Origin: a virus
Strand: one strand, 5' to 3'
DNA: 38,164 nucleotides
Virus record (IMG/VR): IMGVR_UViG_3300015341_000001
Span: 1 to 38,164 of that record
Part shown: piece by piece, positions 8,553 through 16,329 of the stretch
How the letters are laid out: the number at the start of each line of letters is the position of its first letter
Numbering within the stretch: the stretch's first letter is position 1
Made by a program: the position numbers and the translations under genes
The notes under the pieces: generated by a model
The model's input: the letters and a program-made list of their open reading frames with translations, nothing else
Told to the model about the DNA's origin: nothing
The model's database searches: none

Positions 8553-9620
8553 ATGAGTACAACGATCGAGCTCTCCACCGAAGACCTCACCCTCATCATC
8601 ACGCAGCGCGAGCTCTGGGCGGGCTTCGTGTTCGACAAGCTCAAGGCCTGGCAAGACCTCGCCCCCATCGACACCGAGATGCAGAAGCGGCCGAACCAGC
8701 CCGGCGCATTCGGACCGGGAACGACCGACCCGGGCTCGCTGGTCGTCACGATCGAGGGGCAGTATTTCGCCCAGACTGACGCCGAAGCGATCTACGCCCG
8801 CGAGACGATGACCGCCATGTACAACGACGGCGACCCGATCACGATGACCGTCATCGACCCGGCGCGCACCTCGAGCCGCGAGGTCTACGTCGCCGGCATC
8901 ACGTTCCCGCACAGCACCGACGCCTGCCACTTCAGCTTCGTCTTCGAGGCCGAGGCCGAAGACCCGCGCCGCTACCTCGAGCCCGTGGTCACCTCCACGG
9001 GGCTGGCGGTCGCAGGCTCCGGCGCCCGCTGGACCGGCGGCGACACCACGGCCGTCAGCTACGCGCTCACGGAGAACCCCTCGGGTAGCGGCCTCTATCA
9101 AACGGGTCACATGCAGGAGTCGCCCAGCGGCAGCGGGCTCTACGTTGCCTCGCTGCAACCCGACCAGTACAACTCGGGGCTCTACCTCACCTCCGGCACG
9201 TACCAGGACACCACGGGCGTCGCCCCGGGCTTCGACTGGAAGAACGGCGGCCCCGGCATGACGTGGGGAACGCGCCCCGTCGACGGGCGACTCCGGGTCG
9301 AAAACACCGGCAACACCGCCACGATCTCCATGTTCACGATCCGCGACGGGCAAATGATCGACGGCTTCGAGATCGTCAACGTCGAGACGGGCGAGCGGAT
9401 CGTCTACATCGGGCCGGTGACGTCGGGAACGACGGTCGTGCTGGACGGCGAAACACGCACCGCGTACATCAACGACGTGACGCCGGCCGGTCGCTTCTTG
9501 CCGAACCCCGAGTGGTGGAACGTGCCACCGCGATCCGTTCGCACGATTCAGTTCATCGCCCGCGGCGCAACGACGGGGACGCCCACTCTCTACGCTTCGA
9601 CGTCGCCCGCGCTCTACTAG
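8553..9620 (+). CDS. Distal tail protein (Dit-like) minor tail protein
   Basis: First gene after the tape measure, 355 aa, SD GAGAGG. Confidence 0.55.
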   Translation: MSTTIELSTEDLTLIITQRELWAGFVFDKLKAWQDLAPIDTEMQKRPNQPGAFGPGTTDPGSLVVTIEGQYFAQTDAEAIYARETMTAMYNDGDPITMTVIDPARTSSREVYVAGITFPHSTDACHFSFVFEAEAEDPRRYLEPVVTSTGLAVAGSGARWTGGDTTAVSYALTENPSGSGLYQTGHMQESPSGSGLYVASLQPDQYNSGLYLTSGTYQDTTGVAPGFDWKNGGPGMTWGTRPVDGRLRVENTGNTATISMFTIRDGQMIDGFEIVNVETGERIVYIGPVTSGTTVVLDGETRTAYINDVTPAGRFLPNPEWWNVPPRSVRTIQFIARGATTGTPTLYASTSPALY

Positions 9621-9634
9621 GTTAGGATTCGCTC

Positions 9635-10711
9635 ATGCCCCTCACTCGACCATTCGCCATCGACCAGGCATACGCGAACGCCTCGGACTACCGCAAGCAG
9701 CAGTCGACCATCTACCCCCGCGAGGGGCTGTTCGGCGACGGCAACGCGCTAAACAACGGCGTCGCTTACGCGAACGGCGGGTGGAACGTTGGCTCGAGGG
9801 CTTTCACGGGTGTCGCCAGGCGGAACACCACGAGCTACTCGCAGTCTTACGGCTCGGTCCTGTTCTCGAACGACTCGCAGGGAACCGCTTGGACGATCCC
9901 CGCCGCCCCCGCCACCGGTTCACGGATTGACGTCCTCTGGGTGCAGGTCACTGACCCGACACAGGGCGATCAAACCACCACGCCCAGCGGCGAAACGGTG
10001 CCGCGAGCCGTTCCCGTCTTCGGCGTCACGTCCGGTGATGCGGGCACGTCGCCAGTCGCCCGCGCCCTTCCGTCCGGCGTCATTGAGATTGCGCGAGTCA
10101 CCACCCCTTCGACGGCCACTACCATCGCCAACTCGGTCATCTCGCAGACCTACTCCTTTGCGAACGTTCTCGGCGGCATGCTCTACTTCCGCACCGTTGC
10201 GGAAATGAACGCCGACGGTCAGGCAACGAAAAGCGAGCTCGCGACCGTACTCGCCGACAACTCGGTGTGGCAGCGCGTCACCGGGCAGGGATGGCGCATC
10301 TTGCTTGCCCCCGCGTTCAATCGCAACTTCGACTTCTTCTACGTCGGAACGATCAACGCGGGAGTCGACGTCAACCTTGGAAGCTTCACGATGCCCGCCA
10401 TGCCATTCGCTTACCGAGCGATCGTGTCGATCAGCGGCACCGGCGGTGGTAACGGTTCTGCCGGTGGAAACTTCGGCATCTCGCTCGCGATCTCCGGGAC
10501 CGGCGTCACGGCCACGCCAGGCTACAACTCGCGCGCTGCCCGCTACCGCCCTTACTTCTCTCTCAACGAGCAGGCAACCATCGCCCGCACGATTCGGATC
10601 GACGTGCCCGCCAACACCTCATCAACCGTGACCGCTACGGCGGACACCTCGGCCACAGCCTCACTGAGCATCGACGTGAACGCCGCTTGCTACCCCACCG
10701 GCGAGTTCTAG
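9635..10711 (+). CDS. Minor tail protein
   Basis: 358 aa in the tail-tip block. TAGGAT lies 6 nt upstream of the ATG. Confidence 0.55.
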   Translation: MPLTRPFAIDQAYANASDYRKQQSTIYPREGLFGDGNALNNGVAYANGGWNVGSRAFTGVARRNTTSYSQSYGSVLFSNDSQGTAWTIPAAPATGSRIDVLWVQVTDPTQGDQTTTPSGETVPRAVPVFGVTSGDAGTSPVARALPSGVIEIARVTTPSTATTIANSVISQTYSFANVLGGMLYFRTVAEMNADGQATKSELATVLADNSVWQRVTGQGWRILLAPAFNRNFDFFYVGTINAGVDVNLGSFTMPAMPFAYRAIVSISGTGGGNGSAGGNFGISLAISGTGVTATPGYNSRAARYRPYFSLNEQATIARTIRIDVPANTSSTVTATADTSATASLSIDVNAACYPTGEF

Positions 10712-10719
10712 GCCGCCTC

Positions 10720-11874
10720 ATGACCCTTGACCTGTTCGCGTTCGAGATGCTCTCGGGGCGTCGCCTGACGCCGCTGCCGAAGACTTCGGCGAAGTGGCAG
10801 CTCACGACAAACGCTGACGAGTCGATCACCTGCACCATCCCCGCGAACGATCGGAACGTCAAACGCCTGCGCGTGTGGGAGATGTCGACGCTAGCCCGCA
10901 ACGGGCTGCTAGCTGTGGTCGACGGGCTGCCCGTTGCCGCAGGGCCCATTTGGCGTCGCCGGTACAACCCCGACTCGGGCCACATCGAACTCACCGCTGG
11001 CGGGCTGCGGTCCTATTTCAACAAGCGCGTAGCCGTCCCCGTCGCTGCATCGGGCCGGTCGCTCGTAGACGCTAACGGTGACCCCGTGACCGCCTACGAC
11101 ACGCGTGTGACGAACATGAGCCTAGGGACGGTCGCCAAGCGCTACGTCGAGCTCGCTCGAGCATGGCCCGGCGGGGCGATCCCGATGAGCCTTCCCGCTG
11201 ACGAGTCGCGTTCCGGCCGCGACATCACCGTCAAGGCGATCGACCTCAAGCGCGTCGGCGAACTGATCGACAACCTCAGCGACGTCATCAACGGGCCCGA
11301 CATCGCATTCCGCCCCCGCTTCACCGAAGACGGCGCGGGCATCTACTGGGAGATGCAGACGGGCACCGAAGCCAAGCCCCGCCTCGGCTCGACCGACGCG
11401 TTGGCGACAACGTGGTCGTACGGCGCGCCCAAGTCGCCCGCGTTCGACCTCGAGATCGACGAAGACGGTTCAAGCCACGCGTCGCGTTTCTGGGTCAGCG
11501 GTGGCAGCGGCTCCGACAAGGTGATCAGCGCACAGGCGTACTCGTCGATCCTCATCAGTGCTGGTTTCCCGCTGCTCGACGGTGTGGACGCGGGGAACTC
11601 AGGACTGTCGCAGCAGTCAACCGCCAACGACAAGGCCTCGCAGGGCGTCAAGCTCGGGCAGTACGCGTCCTCGTTTTGGTCCATGAAAGTGGTCGCCCAC
11701 TCCGACCGCGCACCGAAGCTCGGCGAGTATTGGCTGGGCGACCTCGCCACGATCAACATCGACAAGCGCGAGCCTGTGCTGCCGGCCGGCGACTCGGTGC
11801 GCCGCATCGCCGCGATCAGCGGTGACGAGTCGGACAAGTCCTACACCATCGACTTCGCGGAGGCGCTTGTATGA
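10720..11874 (+). CDS. Tail hub / Tal-like minor tail protein
   Basis: The N-terminus (MTLDLFAFEMLSGRRLTPLPK...ITCTIPAND...) resembles the N-terminal hub domain of siphovirus tail-associated proteins. ATG 10720 is the first start after the upstream stop. Confidence 0.5.
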   Translation: MTLDLFAFEMLSGRRLTPLPKTSAKWQLTTNADESITCTIPANDRNVKRLRVWEMSTLARNGLLAVVDGLPVAAGPIWRRRYNPDSGHIELTAGGLRSYFNKRVAVPVAASGRSLVDANGDPVTAYDTRVTNMSLGTVAKRYVELARAWPGGAIPMSLPADESRSGRDITVKAIDLKRVGELIDNLSDVINGPDIAFRPRFTEDGAGIYWEMQTGTEAKPRLGSTDALATTWSYGAPKSPAFDLEIDEDGSSHASRFWVSGGSGSDKVISAQAYSSILISAGFPLLDGVDAGNSGLSQQSTANDKASQGVKLGQYASSFWSMKVVAHSDRAPKLGEYWLGDLATINIDKREPVLPAGDSVRRIAAISGDESDKSYTIDFAEALV

Positions 11875-12878
11875 CCCGACCCGGCGACCCCCGCACACCG
11901 CTCGACGACATCGGTCGCCTGCAGGTGCAACTTCGCGACATGCTGCGGCGCCTCGGCGACCTCGAGGCTCCTTCGGGCTCGGCCGCGAACCAGAACGTCA
12001 AGAAGCTCACCGACCTCGTGACGGATATTCAGGCGCAGCTCGACGACTACATCGCGAACGGCACCTACAACAAGCAGCAGATCAACGACCTGTTGGCCAG
12101 CAAGGCGAACACGGCGCACACGCATTCCGCGAACGACATCACCACCGGCGGCGTCACTGGGAGTGGCTTCGGCGTCGGTGGCCCCCTCACCGTTCAAGGC
12201 GACATCACCGGCGGTGGTCGAGGCATCTTCCCGACCGGCATCCGCTCGAGCGGCGCGCGCAACACGCAAGTCACCAACGACTACGTGGTCGCCTACCTCA
12301 ACAGCGACGGAACGCTTGGCTACGCCCCCTCCACGCTGGCGTCGAAAGATGTCCTGGGGCCGTACGCGGTCGACATGGCGAAGTTCCTCGCCATCGACCT
12401 CTACGCCTACACCTACAAGACGGACCCGAAGAAGTCCGTCCGCATGGGACCGATCGCGGATTACCTCGACGCGGCCGGTCTAAAAGAGTTCGTGATCTAC
12501 GACCCGGACGACGCGTCGAAGATTCAGGGCCTCCGCTTCGACATGCTGATTTACGGGCTCTGGTCCGCCTACGTGCAGTCGCGGACCACGACGCTCGCCC
12601 GCATCGCGAAGCAGCTCTACCAGACGAAGACCGTCAGCGGCATGACGGCGCTCGGCCTCAATGCTGAGCGCACCTACGACATCACGTGGGACACGGCGTT
12701 TGCCGATGCGAGCTACCTCGTGAGCGCTTCGGTGAGCTCGAGTGGTGCCGCGCTGGCTGCGGTCGCCAGCATCGTGCCGGGTTCGCAGACGGCGACGGGG
12801 TGCAAGGTGAGCGTCCGAACCCTCGGCCTAGCCCTTGCATCAGGCGCAACGCTCACGGTTCAGGGCGTCCACGTTTAG
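11871..12878 (+). CDS. Tail fibre protein with an S74-like intramolecular chaperone region
   Basis: ATGA overlap and an N-terminal coiled coil. Contains the fibre motif NTAHTHSANDITTGG and a segment LASKDVLGPY...AIDLYAYTYK...RMGPIADYL...LRFDMLIYGLWSAYVQ, resembling the peptidase S74 auto-chaperone. Confidence 0.65.
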   Translation: MTRPGDPRTPLDDIGRLQVQLRDMLRRLGDLEAPSGSAANQNVKKLTDLVTDIQAQLDDYIANGTYNKQQINDLLASKANTAHTHSANDITTGGVTGSGFGVGGPLTVQGDITGGGRGIFPTGIRSSGARNTQVTNDYVVAYLNSDGTLGYAPSTLASKDVLGPYAVDMAKFLAIDLYAYTYKTDPKKSVRMGPIADYLDAAGLKEFVIYDPDDASKIQGLRFDMLIYGLWSAYVQSRTTTLARIAKQLYQTKTVSGMTALGLNAERTYDITWDTAFADASYLVSASVSSSGAALAAVASIVPGSQTATGCKVSVRTLGLALASGATLTVQGVHV

Positions 12879-12941
12879 ACTGATCGGCATGACCCCCGAC
12901 ACCGCATTGCCAGCTACGGCAAAGGATCAGGGGAAGCGATA

Positions 12942-13322
12942 GTGGACTGGCTGAATGCTTTTCTCCAAGCTGCCCCCCAAGTGGGGGTATCGTTGGGCGC
13001 AGGATCGGCGCCGTTCGTGGCGGCGATCCTGACCGACCGGCTCGTCACCAAGGCGCGGCACACCGAAGCACTGGCACAGGCGGAGAAGCGAGTGGCTCAA
13101 GCGGAAGAGAACGCGACCAGGCGCGAGGCGCTGCTCACCGAACAGCTCGCCCGATCCGACCAGGCCCTTGCCAACGAACGAGAAGCGAAGAAGGTTGAAC
13201 GTGAACGCGCTGACTCTCTCGCCGACAAGCTCGGTGAGGCAACCGCCGAGTTTGGAGCCACGATGGTCCACATGCTGGGCTCTTTCCCCCAACCAGGGGG
13301 TGGCAACGATGCCGCGGCCTAA
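12942..13322 (+). CDS. Membrane-anchored coiled-coil protein (lysis-associated?)
   Basis: GTG start. The N-terminal hydrophobic helix (VGVSLGAGSAPFVAAIL) is followed by a charged heptad-like region (EALAQAEKRVAQAEENATRREALLTEQL...). Confidence 0.6.
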   Translation: MDWLNAFLQAAPQVGVSLGAGSAPFVAAILTDRLVTKARHTEALAQAEKRVAQAEENATRREALLTEQLARSDQALANEREAKKVERERADSLADKLGEATAEFGATMVHMLGSFPQPGGGNDAAA

Positions 13323-13494
13323 CGACGACACCCTTGGTCGCTCCGAGGTTGAGCTCGCCCGGTCGCAGGCGTCGCAGGCAGCGGACGCGCCCCTCATCGC
13401 CAAGGTCGACCGCATGCTCGCAGCCCTTCGCGCGGAGCGTGAAACCAATCACTGGGCCGAAAGAGTCAAGCAGGCTTGGCAGGAGGGCCGGTAA
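13309..13494 (+). CDS. Small hypothetical helical protein
   Basis: ATG lies 8 nt after AGGGGG and the gene overlaps its upstream neighbour by 14 nt. 61 aa. Confidence 0.45.
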   Translation: MPRPNDDTLGRSEVELARSQASQAADAPLIAKVDRMLAALRAERETNHWAERVKQAWQEGR

Positions 13495-13495
13495 C

Positions 13496-13849
13496 ATGGA
13501 CTACGTGAACTCTCCGACCGTACTCGCCGCCGGCGACCTCGTGCTCGGCCTCGCGCTCATCCCCGAACTGACGTTTCTTGTCATCTACATGACGACGGCG
13601 AAGTGGTGGAAGACGGCGATCGGTCGCATGTTCGTCATCGCCCAGCTCGCCATCGTCCTCGTCTCGGTGGTCGTGCTCCTCTCCCTCATCCTCGGCACCG
13701 CCTACGCCGGCCGCGACTGGGTTCGCCTCATCGGCTACTCGGCCCACTTCGCCGGACAGATCGTGTTCCTCGTCACGTACCTCTCCACCCGCCGCGCACC
13801 CGCCGCGGCGCACGCCATCCCCAAGACCAGAATGGATACCCGCGCATGA
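13496..13849 (+). CDS. Holin-like membrane protein (3 predicted TM helices)
   Basis: Strong SD AGGAGGG 8 nt upstream. There are three hydrophobic stretches of 20-25 aa and a basic C-terminus. Confidence 0.65.
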   Translation: MDYVNSPTVLAAGDLVLGLALIPELTFLVIYMTTAKWWKTAIGRMFVIAQLAIVLVSVVVLLSLILGTAYAGRDWVRLIGYSAHFAGQIVFLVTYLSTRRAPAAAHAIPKTRMDTRA

Positions 13850-14118
13850 GCCACCACGAAGACAACAGCGACATCGGCAACGAAGACAGCTACTCGGCCA
13901 GCAAGACCCTCGAGGCCGAGACGACCATCAGCCCCAAGATCATTGTCGGCGCTGCGACCGGCCTCGTGCTCGCGATCGTCGTCGCCGTCCTCGGCGCGGT
14001 GACGCCCGACATGCTCGCCAGCCTCGGCGCGTGGGCGCCGCTCGTGTTCGTCGCCATCACCACCGCGGCGACCCAGCTCGGCGCCTACCTCAAGCGCGAT
14101 CCGCTGCGCGAGGTGTAG
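13846..14118 (+). CDS. Holin-like membrane protein (2 predicted TM helices)
   Basis: ATGA overlap. Acidic N-terminus, then IIVGAATGLVLAIVVAVLGAV and WAPLVFVAITTAATQLGAYL. Confidence 0.65.
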   Translation: MSHHEDNSDIGNEDSYSASKTLEAETTISPKIIVGAATGLVLAIVVAVLGAVTPDMLASLGAWAPLVFVAITTAATQLGAYLKRDPLREV

Positions 14119-14134
14119 TCTCCGCACCACCAAG

Positions 14135-14171
14135 CGAAGCCCCGCCGATGACGCACCTCGGCGGGGCTTCG
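14135..14171 (+). terminator. Intrinsic terminator-like hairpin after the membrane-protein cassette
   Basis: 14-bp stem cgaagccccgccga / tcggcggggcttcg with a 9-nt loop. No long U-tract, which is common in high-GC organisms. Confidence 0.6.
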
Positions 14172-14208
14172 TCATGTACGATAGCCCCAGTCCAACCAAG
14201 GAGTGAGA

Positions 14209-14541
14209 ATGCCCGCAGCAGCAGCAGGTAAAGAGGCGGTCGTCGCCGGTTACGCCGCCAACGTCGCCAAGCTGGCGCTCTTCTCCACCGCGGGAGGCGC
14301 TTCGGCCGGCACCGAGCTCTCCGGAGGGTCGCCCGCCTACGCTCGCATCACCCCCGCCGTCACCGGCGCCGGGGCGACCAGGGCACTCGCCGCCACCTTC
14401 AACGTTCCGAGCGGCGCGACCGTCGCGGGCTGGGGCGCGTACGACTCGTCCGGCACCTACGTCGACGGCGGCTCGCTCACGTCGCAGCCGTTCGCGTCGC
14501 AGGGCACGTACGCCCTGACGGTCAACGCCACCGGCGCCTAA
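14209..14541 (+). CDS. Hypothetical A/G/T-rich protein (possible fibre-associated)
   Basis: ATG lies 5 nt after AAGGAG. 110 aa. Beta-type sequence (YARITPAVTGAGATRALAATFNVPSGATVAGWGAYDSSGTYVDGG). Confidence 0.6.
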   Translation: MPAAAAGKEAVVAGYAANVAKLALFSTAGGASAGTELSGGSPAYARITPAVTGAGATRALAATFNVPSGATVAGWGAYDSSGTYVDGGSLTSQPFASQGTYALTVNATGA

Positions 14542-14555
14542 GCTAGGTCGCCCTC

Positions 14556-16046
14556 GTGGCGCTCAAAGTCCTCGACTTCGAGACAGGGCCCGAGGGCGCT
14601 GCGCTCACCAACGCCAACTCTGGGGCGACGCAGGTCAACGCCGCTTCGGGCGGCTCGGCCATCTTCGCCAAAGACGTCGTACGCTCCGGGCTTCTGGGCG
14701 CTCGATTCACCTCTGGGACGAACGCCCTGGCGATCGCCCGGTTCGCCTCGAACGCATCGAACAACACGCTGTCTGTCAGCGTGGTCTTTCAGCACAAGCA
14801 GACCCCCAGCCTGCTGACAGGTGTGCTTTCGGTGCGGCACGGCTCAGGTGTCGCGGCTCGGATCAACTGGAACCCGGACAACAGCGTCAGCGTGGTCGAC
14901 AGTGGCCTCGGCAACACGCTCACCGTGGCGACTGGGCTCACACCCGGGGCGACTTACGAATTGACGATCCGGGCGAAGTCGGCCACGACGACTACTGGAA
15001 CGATCACTGTCGTTCTCTACAGCAACGTGGGCGCCGAAATTGGACGCGCCACCTCTAGCGCGTACAACCTCACGGCCAATGCGCTCGCTGCTGTCGACGT
15101 CGGAATCATCAACACCAACTCCACCGCCGGCACCATCGTCGCTCTTGACTACCTGCAACTCGACGACGGCAACGCGAATGAACTTCGAGCACCAGCAACG
15201 ACGGTGGCCTACAGCGGCACCGGAACCACCACGGCCACCGCAACCGCTACGGGAGCGGGGGCGCCTGCGGCCTCGGGCAACAGCGCCACTACCACTACCG
15301 CTACGGCCAGTGGTTCAGGGTCGATGGCTACGAGTGGGGCAAGTTCAACCACCTCGAGCGCCACGGCCACCGGCGCTGGATCGGCAGCGACTTCCGGCTC
15401 TGCTGCCGCAAGCGCCACTGTGACGACCGTCGGGTCGGGTGTTGTCGCCTTGTCCGGTTCCGCTGCTGCAAGCGCTGCGGCGACCACTTCGAGCGCCGGC
15501 GCTGCTTCGGTCTCAGGCACCTCAAGCGTTACAGCCACCGTCACGACTACGGCTAGTGGGTCGCTAGCGACGGCGGGCAGCGCGGCCACGAGCCCCACCG
15601 TCACGGCGACGCCGAACGGCACCGCCCCCTCGGCGGGCACCGGAACCGCTACGGCCACCGTTACGGCTAGCGGAATGGGCGTCGCGACGCTGTACGGCGT
15701 TGCCGCCACTTCTGCCGCGGTTGCCGCCTCAGCACAAGGTGTGGCCGCGCTACGTGGGGCTGCAGCGGCGTCGGCATCGACCGTGGCGACCGGGCAGGGC
15801 GCGGCCTTCGCTCGCGGTACGGCTTCGACATCGCTGGTCGCCAGCACCGCCACCGATGGCGCTCCGTCGTTCTCCGGTGTCGCATTCACGCTCGCCACGG
15901 TCACTACTGTCGGTGGGCCGACCGTCGCGGCGCATGACGTCGATGTGGCCGTGTGGGCCTTGCCCCGGCGTTACGTGGTGGCGCTGCGGCCAAGGCGGTA
16001 CGATGCGATGACTGTGCCGAACCGCTGGAAAGGCGACCTACGATGA
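14556..16046 (+). CDS. Putative host-recognition fibre: N-terminal LamG/concanavalin-like domain plus 12 exact 20-aa repeats
   Basis: GTG start. Residues 1-205 are jelly-roll-like. Residues ~219-458 carry Gly at 221, 241, 261 ... 441, a strict 20-residue period with no indels. Confidence 0.7.
   Translation: MALKVLDFETGPEGAALTNANSGATQVNAASGGSAIFAKDVVRSGLLGARFTSGTNALAIARFASNASNNTLSVSVVFQHKQTPSLLTGVLSVRHGSGVAARINWNPDNSVSVVDSGLGNTLTVATGLTPGATYELTIRAKSATTTTGTITVVLYSNVGAEIGRATSSAYNLTANALAAVDVGIINTNSTAGTIVALDYLQLDDGNANELRAPATTVAYSGTGTTTATATATGAGAPAASGNSATTTTATASGSGSMATSGASSTTSSATATGAGSAATSGSAAASATVTTVGSGVVALSGSAAASAAATTSSAGAASVSGTSSVTATVTTTASGSLATAGSAATSPTVTATPNGTAPSAGTGTATATVTASGMGVATLYGVAATSAAVAASAQGVAALRGAAAASASTVATGQGAAFARGTASTSLVASTATDGAPSFSGVAFTLATVTTVGGPTVAAHDVDVAVWALPRRYVVALRPRRYDAMTVPNRWKGDLR
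15210..15929 (+). repeat. Coding tandem repeats, 12 x 60 nt (20 aa), diverged at the DNA level
   Basis: Each unit follows the pattern S-G-x-x-A-x-S-A-x-V-T-x-x-G-x-G-x-A-x-L. Phase is kept for 240 residues. Confidence 0.8.
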
Positions 16047-16303
16047 ACAGCTACGATCGCGACAGCGCCGAGTATCTCGAGCTCATCGTCACCGTCGACG
16101 GCGCGGCCGTCACGTCCGGCATCGAGTACGCCGTCACGACCGGCGATGAACGGCCTTCCGCCTGGGCGCCGGTCACAATCGTTGACGGTCGCCCCATGGC
16201 GCTGCTGCAAGGTCGAGCGCCTGGCACGTACGTCGTGTGGGCTCGCGTCACCGCAGGTAGCGAACTCGTCGTCATGCGAGTCGACACCTTCCTCGTGGTG
16301 TAG
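16043..16303 (+). CDS. Small beta-rich hypothetical protein (Ig-like?)
   Basis: ATGA overlap with the upstream gene. 86 aa with alternating hydrophobic pattern (YLELIVTVDGAAV..., GTYVVWARVTAGSELVVMRVDTFLVV). Confidence 0.6.
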   Translation: MNSYDRDSAEYLELIVTVDGAAVTSGIEYAVTTGDERPSAWAPVTIVDGRPMALLQGRAPGTYVVWARVTAGSELVVMRVDTFLVV

Positions 16304-16329
16304 GTCGCCCCATCGGCTAGGATGCACGC

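Noticed and set aside
9623-9628. Treating every TAGG/TAAG hexamer upstream of a start codon as a proven -10 element.
   Set aside because: For 9635, 14556, 16330, 32091, 35418 and 37262 I could not find a -35 hexamer, and the AGG/AAG core may simply be a weak Shine-Dalgarno. I kept this as a hypothesis in the findings and did not annotate promoters at those sites.
15209-15904. 231-aa ORF on the minus strand across the 20-aa repeat region, and the idea that the 60-nt periodicity could be a CRISPR-like array.
   Set aside because: The periodicity is a coding repeat in the plus-strand LamG-like gene. The units are contiguous with no unique spacers and are diverged. The antisense ORF is a GCN-codon mirror artefact.
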